55,298 nt of DNA from positions 1 to 55,298 of the IMG/VR virus record IMGVR_UViG_3300046167_000533. One strand, given 5' to 3'. A program made the translations under genes and the position numbers. The notes beneath the pieces were generated by a model, which saw only the letters and a list, made by a program, of their open reading frames with translations, did no database searches and was not told the origin of the DNA. The stretch's first letter is position 1. Each line of letters opens with the position of its first letter. This document shows, piece by piece, positions 10,086 through 19,184 of the stretch. The stretch is from a virus (Duplodnaviria > Caudoviricetes).

Positions 10086-11065
10086 TGCCGTCTAAGGTAG
10101 TCGTTCAGTATGTAGACTTAAAGGCGGAGGTCAGCGTAGTTGATCTCCAAGTTGCTGCTGCGTCTATCGAAAGCTCTACGATTACGATTGACCAAGTTAA
10201 CCCTACACTTACCGTTGGGGTCTCAGCGCCCTACGCCTCTATCTCTTACCGTGCATTAAAGAGCGTAACAACTTGGTTGCAGGCTACGCTTACGGACGTG
10301 TTCCTTGATCCCGATCCGAAGTTTGCCGTTCTTTTCGACGGCGTGTCAGTTAGCGATCTTTTCGCACTGCATTATGGCAAAGAAGAGTCAGAGCAAATTG
10401 CGCTTCAAGAACTTGTCGGTTTATCGCTGGCAAAGTCTGTTGTAGACACTGCCACCATCACCGAAGTTATCGACATCTTACTCACGACGATACGCGAGTT
10501 AGAGGAGTCGCTTGTTGTATCAGATACGTTAGCGAGCGCAGTCACGAAGCCTTTGCCAAGTGAAACGACTTCGGTCAGTGACGATGCCGTATTGGAACCA
10601 CAAAAAGGTCTTGATGAGACTATTGGGTTTGAAGATACAACTATACGCGCTACTGGGATTGCTCCAACAGATACGCCTGTTGTTTCTGATTTGGCACCCG
10701 TGCTGGAGCCAGCGTTAGTAAAAGAAGATGCGGTATCGCTGGTGGACGTACAGTCGCTCTCCTTGGGCGTGGTATCAGCCGATACTACTTCTTTAACAGA
10801 TGCTCTTGTTACCGCGTCAGTCAAAAGTTTGGCTGACAGTTTTTCAGTTGCTGAGGTCTTCTCTCGCGTATCTGTTTTCAATGTGCCGCTGTCCGACTCG
10901 TTCACTATTGACGACCTTGCCAACGTAGATGCTCTGGACGTTGATACAACGAGTACCAAAGGCAACGTTTTCAGTGTCACTGACTCCCTCGTCTCGACTC
11001 TCGTATCCACCAACAGTGGCGTGTTAAACGCCAACACTCTTAATCAAGGAACCTTAAATGCTTAA
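10085..11065 (+). CDS. Repetitive acidic virion/tail protein
   Basis: 326 aa, V/S/D/T-rich with roughly 19-aa periodic units. Confidence 0.55.
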   Translation: MPSKVVVQYVDLKAEVSVVDLQVAAASIESSTITIDQVNPTLTVGVSAPYASISYRALKSVTTWLQATLTDVFLDPDPKFAVLFDGVSVSDLFALHYGKEESEQIALQELVGLSLAKSVVDTATITEVIDILLTTIRELEESLVVSDTLASAVTKPLPSETTSVSDDAVLEPQKGLDETIGFEDTTIRATGIAPTDTPVVSDLAPVLEPALVKEDAVSLVDVQSLSLGVVSADTTSLTDALVTASVKSLADSFSVAEVFSRVSVFNVPLSDSFTIDDLANVDALDVDTTSTKGNVFSVTDSLVSTLVSTNSGVLNANTLNQGTLNA

Positions 11066-11483
11066 TGAAGATTTGAAGCTGAAAGGGCATCTGGCCATTC
11101 GTTTAAACGACGAGGTAGTGCAAGAAGTCCCTAACTTAGTAGTAACCGCTGGTAAGAACTTCGTAGCTAGTCGGATCAAAGATACGACAGAAGATGCAAT
11201 GACCCACATGGCTATTGGCACGGGCACTGCAGCTGCAGTCGCATCACAGACGACCTTGTCCAGTGAGGGCGACCGAAACGCTTTGACAAGCACCACCGTA
11301 GCTAACAACACCGTGACTTACGTGGCCTCTTTTGGCGCAGGCGAAGGCACAGGTGCTGTTGTAGAAGCTGGTCTGTTCAATGCGTCAAGTGCTGGAACGA
11401 TGTTCTGCCGCACGGTTTTCAGTGTGGTCAACAAAGGCGCGTCAGATTCTATGACGATTACGTGGACGATTACCGTTAGCTAA
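11058..11483 (+). CDS. Tail structural protein
   Basis: 141 aa with NLVV..GK, HMAIGTG, EAGLFNA and TITWTIT motifs typical of phage tail proteins. Confidence 0.65.
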   Translation: MLNEDLKLKGHLAIRLNDEVVQEVPNLVVTAGKNFVASRIKDTTEDAMTHMAIGTGTAAAVASQTTLSSEGDRNALTSTTVANNTVTYVASFGAGEGTGAVVEAGLFNASSAGTMFCRTVFSVVNKGASDSMTITWTITVS

Positions 11484-11492
11484 GAGAAGTTT

Positions 11493-14400
11493 ATGGCTGT
11501 TCAGTTTAGTAACAACGCTGCGACTAACCTGTCGGCAGCTATAAGCGCGTCCGCAACCAGTATTACGGTAGCTGACGCTTCTGAGTTCCCTACGCTAAGT
11601 GGTTCTGACTACACCTACGTCACGCTCTCCAATTTATTGGAGACGGTAGTAGAAGTTGTAAAAGTTACCGCTATAAGCGGGAACACGGTGACGGTCGTGC
11701 GCGGTCAGGACAACACAACTGCGTCTGCGTTCGCATCTGGTGACAAGTGTGAGCTTAGGGTCACGGCGGCGTTGCTAAATGATGTTGCGGAACAAGCCGA
11801 TACCAACACCACCTACACCGCAGGCTCTGGTATTTCGTTGTCGGGCACCACGTTCTCAAATGCTGCCCCAGACCAAACAGTGTCGTTGACCGGCTCTGGC
11901 GCTACCAGTGTGAGCGGGACGTACCCCAACTTCACCATCAGCAGCACGGATACCAACACCACCTACACCGCAGGCACAAACCTCAGCCTGTCAGGAACCA
12001 CGTTCAACCTGAACACCAATCTGTCGGGATTGGGAACCATCTCCAGCGGTGCTATTACCAGCTCTGGCAGGGGTACGTTTGATGAGCTAACTCTGACCGG
12101 CGGTTCCGGACAATCTGACCTTCAACGAGGCTTCTGGTGATTGGACGATCAATAACGCCCAGCAGAACAACGGCATCACAATCTACGACGGCACTGCTGG
12201 GGTGTGCCAGGTTAACTACAACGGAGCAGCCGTTGCTGAGTTTGACGGCAGCGGCGGAATGAATTTGATCAGTGGGTCGCTAAGAGTCGGCGGAACCGCC
12301 GTCATCGACTCCAGTCGGAACCTGACCAACGTCGGAACCATCGCCTCGTGGCGCGATTACGAGCAGTGGCACTGTCACTTGTCAGGCGGCAGTTCCACCA
12401 ACCAACACACGCCTACGGCTGGGGGAACCAGGCAAGTCGGGGTATTTGACTAGCCTATCTTTACCAACTTGACTGGAAAAACGTCAGGTCACTGGGGATA
12501 CTCCACATCGGGTAATCTTGCAGCGGGGCGCGGGTCAGGCTCTATTGCGCTTACAGTGAACGATGGAAAAGGCAACAGTAACCTCACCTTTAACCATGAA
12601 AACGGTGTTCCAGACCAAAGCGGTAACGCTGCAAGAATCGAGGTCAACACTGACAGCAGTTCCAGCGCGACGATGTTCTTCGAGGTCAAATCGAATGTTA
12701 CTGGGGGAACCAGTGTCGATTTAACGCCGATAGTTGCTATCAATGAAAGCGGTTTAACCTTAGAGCCAAACATGGCTTTGAAGGTTGGCAGCACAACCGT
12801 CATCGACTCAAGCCGCAATGTGACCGCAAACTTATTAACAGTTAGCGATGGAGGGGTACATTCAGACAGTACTTTTAAATTCCTTACTACAGCAAATGCC
12901 GCACAAAACATTCGCACAAAGTCAGTGTTCGCAGGTACGTCGTATGGCGACACACCGCCAGCAGGGTCGTTTAACGCAACAAATACTTACGAGTTAAACG
13001 GCACAACCGTCATCGACTCAAGTCGCAACCTTACAAACATCGGAACCATAAGCGCAAGTGGTCAAGTGACCGCCGACAGATTCCTGTCGGGTATCGGCTC
13101 AGTGGCATCACCCGCATATAAAGTTGGCGACGCAGACTCAGGGTTTTACGACAGCGGCGCTAACATGATCGGCGTGGCTCTTGGTGGCGTTCTGGAATAC
13201 GACTTCCAACCAACCAAGCTGGATATGAAAGGGAACCAACTTGATAACGTTGGAGACCTACAAGTCGATGTCACTTCTTCCAACGGTGTGCGGGTAACGG
13301 GCACAGATTCGGTCGCTGACGCGGCGTTTACAACCATGTTGATTGACCACAATGCTAGCGGCTCAACTGCGCTAACCGCAGACCGAAGCCATATTGGTCT
13401 GGCGATTGACATGGATAGTTCCGCGACAGGGGGTGATACCGCGAACGAGCACCGGCTCTTCGGCATTCACAGCCATGTAAAATCGACGGGCGATCTGACT
13501 CTCATTTACGGTCGTCTATGCCATCGCAGAAGCCGAGCAAACGGCGGGGCAAGTGTCAGCCCTTTACGGAGGGTATTTTCAAGCCAGAGGTGATGTAACT
13601 GGCGGCACTTTAACTAACAGCTACGGAGTTTACGGCTACAACTCTGTGGCAAATGCCAGCGGTACAACGATCACCAACAATTACGCGCTCTACGGAAAAA
13701 CACTCGTGGGCGCAGGGCAAGACTCCAATGTCAATCTGGCGGTTGGGGTCTACGGTGAGGTTGAGATTGATCCATCGGGCGCGAGCACAACGCTATCGAG
13801 CGCACACGTTTTTCAGGCGCAGTTTGATAACGACTCCGCTGGCGATGTCACCATTAATACCGGCTATCTCTATTACGGCAACTATGCAGGCACACTGCCT
13901 TCTACCGCCTACGGCGTGTACATTGCTGACGCAGTTCGTAACTTCTTTGGAGGCACTCTTACCGCCGGTCTGGGTTCAACGACTGCTGCTTCTTATGGCT
14001 TCAATGGCGACCTCAACACTGGGATGTACTCGCCTGCAAACCACGAAGTTGCTTTTGCAGCTAACGGCACCCAGCGGCTGAACAGTCAACGCCAGTGGAG
14101 CGCAGGTTACTGGGTCGATTACAGCTACTGGGTCGATTACAGCTACAGGCGGCACTTACAGTCGGTGCCTCTGCTGACATCTCCGGCACAGTTTCTATAG
14201 GAAACGACAGTAGTCCTTACGGCGAAAGCACAGACCGCGCAGACTTGTTGCAGATTACTGGCACCACATCATCTTGGGCGGGTCTTCAGATCCGCAACTC
14301 GTCAGGCGAGGGCCGTTGGTCGTTTATGACCCTGATGGCGCTATGGCGGGGATCTATGACGATGAGAACGGCGATTGGTATTTGCAGTTCAACGAGCTTG

Positions 14401-15627
14401 GCGCTACGGAGCTACACCATAACTCCGTTGAAAAGCTAACAACTACAACTGGCGGAGTTACGGTTACGGCGCAGACGTTGGCACTTCACACCGTTACGGC
14501 TTCCGGCTTGAGTCACAGCCGACAGGTTTTTCTCCGGCTTAGGCACAGCGGCGTCTCCTGCGTTTCAGGTCGGCGACACCAACACCGGCTTCTTCGACAG
14601 CGGAGCAAACACCATCGGTGTCGCGTGTAACGGGGCGCATGAGTTCAACTTCACCGCCGCCACGTTGGACATGAAGGGCAACACGATTACCAACGGCGGA
14701 AACATCACCCTTTACAACAACGCGACCGATGCACGATACCTGCATCTGCCTCGCGGTGGCGGAATTACGATGTATGGCGATCAAAGCGAACATCACGGCA
14801 TTTTTTCAAGGAACTCATCCAACACCGCTACCGATGACATCCTGATTAGCTCATATGGTGCAATTTACTTCGACCTAGACTCAAACTCTAACAACAGCAG
14901 CGGTGCTAACTTTGAGATAACAAAGCACAACGGAACCGCTGCTATTTTCACGGTAAACGGGGAAAACGGAAGAGTTACTCTTACTGAAGACCTATACATC
15001 CCAGATCAAATTGTCCACTCAGGCGACACCGACACCTACATTCAGTTCCACGCAGCCAACCAGTTCCGCGTTGTAACGGGCGGCGCAGAGCGGCTTGAAG
15101 TAAATCAAGGCACGACCACCATTGCCGGTACCCTTAACGTCCGAGCAGCAATCGACCTAGCCGACAACGACATACTGCGCCTTGGCTCTGGTGACGATGT
15201 GGAGTTCTTCTGCAACGGCTCGCACATGTACATGGATCTCAACTCTGGGATCGGAAACTTTTACATTCGAGACGGAACGACCGCTCGCTACACCTTCAAC
15301 GACAACGGGACTTTCACCGCCACCGGCAACATCACCGCCTACTCTGACCGCAGGGTGAAGGCGCAGTTTGAGCCGATCACTGACGCGCTCGCAAAGGTGC
15401 AACAGCTTAACGGTCAAACCTACATCCGTACCGATATGGATGACGCTAACCGACGATACGCAGGTCTGATTGCTCAAGACGTTGAGGCGGTACTGCCCGA
15501 AGCCGTCAGCGAGGTAGAGGATCATTTGACCCTCGACTACAGCGGCACGATTGGCTTGCTGGTTGAGGCGATCAAAGAATTGAAGCAAGAGGTTAACGAC
15601 CTCAAGGCACAGCTAGAGGACAAGTAA
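11493..15627 (+). CDS. Long modular tail fibre with C-terminal intramolecular chaperone (peptidase S74); split by frameshifts
   Basis: Same-strand fragments 11493-12140, 12202-12453, 12469-13593, 13553-14200, 14095-14439, 14274-14630 and 14665-15627 share repeats (VIDSSRN x3, DTNTTYTAG x2). C-terminus has SDRRVK...GLIAQDVEAVLPEAV...LLVEAIKEL. Confidence 0.8.
14108..14146 (+). repeat. Tandem 18-bp duplication TACTGGGTCGATTACAGC x2 (TGSITA repeat in the tail fibre)
   Basis: Read directly from the sequence. Confidence 0.85.
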
Positions 15628-15888
15628 ATGGCGATCACACGAGTACGGACGGTGAACCGATTAGAGGTTTTCCCAAGAGATCCAGATTGGCTGGTGACGG
15701 TGGTTTATGAGGAAACTTTTGACGATACCGAGGACGCACAGCTTCCGTTCACCTCAGATCGCAAGGTGGTGCTGAAGCGGTATACCGAAAGCACAGACGA
15801 GAATGGCAACAAAGTGCAGAGTGTTACTGATATCAGCGGCGAAGACGCTGCGGTTCAAGCAGTCTGCAACGCGCTCTGGACTGACTGA
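15628..15888 (+). CDS. Small tail-fibre-associated protein
   Basis: 86 aa directly after the fibre gene; ends in VQAVCNALWTD. Confidence 0.6.
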   Translation: MAITRVRTVNRLEVFPRDPDWLVTVVYEETFDDTEDAQLPFTSDRKVVLKRYTESTDENGNKVQSVTDISGEDAAVQAVCNALWTD

Positions 15889-16406
15889 TGCCACTTCAGA
15901 CCTCTGGCGCTATCAGCTTGAATCAGATCCACGTCGAAGCAGGAGGTCCGTCTGGGGGTCAGGTCAGTCTTAATGACCCAGATGTTCGCGGTCTGATCGG
16001 TAAAGGCTCTGGCGCGACGATGAGCTTTAACGAGTGGTACGGGGCAAGTGCCTCAACAAGCTACACGCTTGGTCAAGGGAACAACGGTAGCGGAACTGTT
16101 GGTTTCGCTTCAGGCTCTTACGGCTCACTCAGCCCGACAACCTTCGATGGCGTGACTGTGAGGTCAATCGGTGTTCTCACAATCGCGGTTAAAGGCGGAA
16201 GCACCAGTTACACCCTCATTGTTAGTATTAACGGCAGCCGATCACAAAATTTCTTCACGTCCATTCAAAACACCGGGATTGGCACACTGCAAACGTCAGC
16301 CGCAAACCACAGTTCCAGCAGCAGTTATAGTTCATGGTCATGGTCACTCGGCAGCAGCCCGTCGGGATGGGACGGCTCAGGAAACCTTACAGTGACGATA
16401 GCTTAG
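15888..16406 (+). CDS. Putative fibre-tip adhesin
   Basis: N-terminal MPLQTSGAISL...SFNEWYG motif, then a G/S-rich domain; follows a chaperone-bearing fibre. Confidence 0.6.
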   Translation: MPLQTSGAISLNQIHVEAGGPSGGQVSLNDPDVRGLIGKGSGATMSFNEWYGASASTSYTLGQGNNGSGTVGFASGSYGSLSPTTFDGVTVRSIGVLTIAVKGGSTSYTLIVSINGSRSQNFFTSIQNTGIGTLQTSAANHSSSSSYSSWSWSLGSSPSGWDGSGNLTVTIA

Positions 16407-16407
16407 T

Positions 16408-16941
16408 ATGTACACGATAGCCGAACATACAGATCTACCGTCAGGATTCGATTCACTGGTCGATCATTCTATACCGGCGATGGATGCAGGCACCTTCGAC
16501 TGGAGTTTTGTCGGCTCGCCAACAACGGTAGATCAGAAAAAGGCGTCCATGCGCGAAGCCTTTGAGGTCTATTGTGATGCGCCATTTGGCAAAGTTATTA
16601 GCTGGCAAAAGGACGGGCATCTCGTGCAGGTCAATGCAGGTTTGGTGATGCCAGAAGATCCCCAATTCATTCAATACACGCTCAACGTCTGTGGTGACGA
16701 TTCCACAGGGAGCAAGGCGTGGATACACGACTCCGCGTATATCAGTTCTTCGCGTGAATATATGCGGGACACGATGAGTCTGCTTGGCTACAAGGTCGTC
16801 TGCTACAAGAATCAGAGCCTCTACAACTACCATGCGAACAAGATAGACGCGGAGTTGAACTACGCTGTCACTGAGGAGAATGAGTCTGTCGATCCGTCCA
16901 ACGGCATGACCATCACGACGTTAAAATTCACCTACTTATAG
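16408..16941 (+). CDS. Hypothetical protein
   Basis: 177 aa ORF abutting the previous gene. Confidence 0.6.
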   Translation: MYTIAEHTDLPSGFDSLVDHSIPAMDAGTFDWSFVGSPTTVDQKKASMREAFEVYCDAPFGKVISWQKDGHLVQVNAGLVMPEDPQFIQYTLNVCGDDSTGSKAWIHDSAYISSSREYMRDTMSLLGYKVVCYKNQSLYNYHANKIDAELNYAVTEENESVDPSNGMTITTLKFTYL

Positions 16942-16969
16942 CTACCTGCGCCTCATAATTTATGTACGA

Positions 16970-16988
16970 ATATTAGCGCAGCTGATAT
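16970..16988. promoter_or_regulatory. Operator copy ATATTAGCGCAGCTGATAT
   Basis: Intergenic match to the 19-bp palindrome. Confidence 0.7.
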
Positions 16989-17018
16989 TATTAAATACCA
17001 ACAACTAGGATTGTAAAC

Positions 17019-17267
17019 ATGGCTGAAGAAAGCATCGAACAAGAAGCAACAATTATCGTAGACGACGTCTCTTATCCAATATCCACGTTAAGTGAGTCGA
17101 CTAAGGAACTACTGTCTTTGCATGCTGAAGCAACTCAAGAAATGCTGAAGGCCCGACGGGCGGCGGCTATCCAAGAGATTTCAGTAAAGAGCTTGGCGAC
17201 GATGATTTCGGCTTCTGTAAAAGAAGGCGAACAAACTGATGCTGAATCCGATGTCAACGCAGCGTGA
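17019..17267 (+). CDS. Hypothetical protein
   Basis: 82 aa ORF with RBS AGGA. Confidence 0.65.
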   Translation: MAEESIEQEATIIVDDVSYPISTLSESTKELLSLHAEATQEMLKARRAAAIQEISVKSLATMISASVKEGEQTDAESDVNAA

Positions 17268-17463
17268 CGATGAACGTTATTTTGAAGCGGTGCAGCGGTT
17301 AACTGCACACGAGGCTATGTGTGAAGAGCGGTCAAAAACAATTTTTAACCGTTTGGAATCCATAGAGTCCCAGTTGTCGGCTATAAACAACAACATGTTT
17401 ATTGTTGCTTTTAGTCTTATGGCCGGCATGGCTGGGGTTATCGTCACGTTACTTTTGAGGTAG
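17239..17463 (+). CDS. Small coiled-coil protein with C-terminal TM helix (XhlA-like, possible lysis accessory)
   Basis: HEAMCEER coiled coil followed by MFIVAFSLMAGMAGVIVTLLL. Confidence 0.55.
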   Translation: MLNPMSTQRDDERYFEAVQRLTAHEAMCEERSKTIFNRLESIESQLSAINNNMFIVAFSLMAGMAGVIVTLLLR

Positions 17464-17465
17464 GC

Positions 17466-19184
17466 ATGGCGTATTTTAAAAACACACGGTTTTCTGGTGT
17501 TGCTCCTGGGGTGGCTCCTAGACTACTGGCCGAAAATTTTGGTCAGACCTCTCAAAACATAGATTTTGAGTCTGGCCGACTTGTACCTACGAAAGAAGAT
17601 GTCGACACCTACACTCTTCAGAACGGGGCTCGTCGCTCAATTTACTTTTACAGGGACACAAACTGGCTGGAATGGTCAGAGGACGGTGTTGACGTAGTCC
17701 CTGGGCCTATCCCCAACGACACCAACGAACGATTGTATTTTACTGGGGACGATTACCCCCGTGTGGGCACGGTCACCTCTATGGTTAGCGGCGGTAGCGG
17801 TTACCCCGTGGTCAGCTATAGGCTTGGCGTTCCCGCGCCATCAGCGGCTCCGACAATTAGCAAGAGCGGCACAGCGGCGGGTGCGGAGACCCCTGAAACT
17901 CGCGCATACGTTTACACATTGGTTACCGATTTAGGGGAGGAAGGTCCACCTAGCCTTGTCTCAAGCACGTTAGACGTTACAAGTACTGAGACAGTTACGG
18001 TCTCCATGCCGTCTGGCGCTAATCCTTCGGGTAACTACTTCTTCAGTACTAATGCGAAGAAGCGTATTTACCGTAGCAACACCGGCTCGCAGTTTACTGA
18101 TTTTCAGTTTGTCGTCGAAGTCCCATTTACGACTACGTCTTATCAGGACTCCGTGGCGTCTACATCTTTAGCGGAAGTATTACCAAGTGGTACGTGGATC
18201 GGCCCACCAGATGACGACACATCTCTTTACCCTGACGGGCCAATGCTTGGGCTAACAGCTGTAGGTAATGGGGTCATGGCTGGTTTTTCTGGTAAACGGT
18301 TCTGTCTTAGCGAGCCGTTTCTACCTCATGCGTGGCCGATCCAATATAGGATTACGCTCGAAGACGATATCGTTGATATCGCCGCGACGGGCAACGGCGT
18401 TGTCGCTCTTACAGACGGTACGCCGTATTTTATAACAGGCACCGACCCCGCAGCGTTGACTCCAATACGAGTAGATTTGGCGCAGGCTTGTGTAAACAAA
18501 AACAGCGTCGTCGACATGGGCGAATATGTTTTGTATGCCGCACCTGACGGATTGGTAGCAGTGTCAGGCAGTACTGGCAAAGTTGTGTCGCGCGGTTTGA
18601 TTTCAGTTGATCAGTGGAACACTGATTTTTACCCTACGTTGATACGAGCGTTTCGCCATGAAGGTACGTATGTGGCGTTCTACAAAGATGGGAGCACTCT
18701 TGGTGGTTGGGTTTATGACCCTCGCGCTGATGAAGCCGCGTTCGCCACAATAACTGTATCCAATGAAATACGTGGTGGGTTTGAAGACCCTAAATCTGGG
18801 CAGTTGTACGTCATTGAAGGCAATAAAATTCGCAAGTACCGAGGCGGATCAGCGAGCAAGACTCTTACGTTTAAGACTAAGAAGTACACGACCTCCAGCC
18901 CAGGCAGCATGGCTTGGGTATCTGTACACGCCGAAGGCTACCCAATTACGGTCAAAGTGTATGGAGATGGGGTGTTGGTGGCACATTATCAGCTGTCCGA
19001 ATCTTCCGGTGTCTACACGCAAGCGACAACCGTTCCTAGTGGTATCGGGAGTGGCACGTTACGGGAACCAATTATGAGGCTTCCTGCTACTGTTGCCACG
19101 GAGTGGGAGGTGGAAGTTTCTGGAGCCGTGACAATCAACGAGATTTGTTTGGCACAAAGCATGGATGAAATCCGTGACAGCTAA
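17466..19184 (+). CDS. Putative tail nozzle / stabilisation protein
   Basis: 572 aa beta-rich protein with FSGVAPGVAPRLL, YVYTLVTDLGEEGPPS and SEPFLPHAWP motifs. Confidence 0.65.
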   Translation: MAYFKNTRFSGVAPGVAPRLLAENFGQTSQNIDFESGRLVPTKEDVDTYTLQNGARRSIYFYRDTNWLEWSEDGVDVVPGPIPNDTNERLYFTGDDYPRVGTVTSMVSGGSGYPVVSYRLGVPAPSAAPTISKSGTAAGAETPETRAYVYTLVTDLGEEGPPSLVSSTLDVTSTETVTVSMPSGANPSGNYFFSTNAKKRIYRSNTGSQFTDFQFVVEVPFTTTSYQDSVASTSLAEVLPSGTWIGPPDDDTSLYPDGPMLGLTAVGNGVMAGFSGKRFCLSEPFLPHAWPIQYRITLEDDIVDIAATGNGVVALTDGTPYFITGTDPAALTPIRVDLAQACVNKNSVVDMGEYVLYAAPDGLVAVSGSTGKVVSRGLISVDQWNTDFYPTLIRAFRHEGTYVAFYKDGSTLGGWVYDPRADEAAFATITVSNEIRGGFEDPKSGQLYVIEGNKIRKYRGGSASKTLTFKTKKYTTSSPGSMAWVSVHAEGYPITVKVYGDGVLVAHYQLSESSGVYTQATTVPSGIGSGTLREPIMRLPATVATEWEVEVSGAVTINEICLAQSMDEIRDS

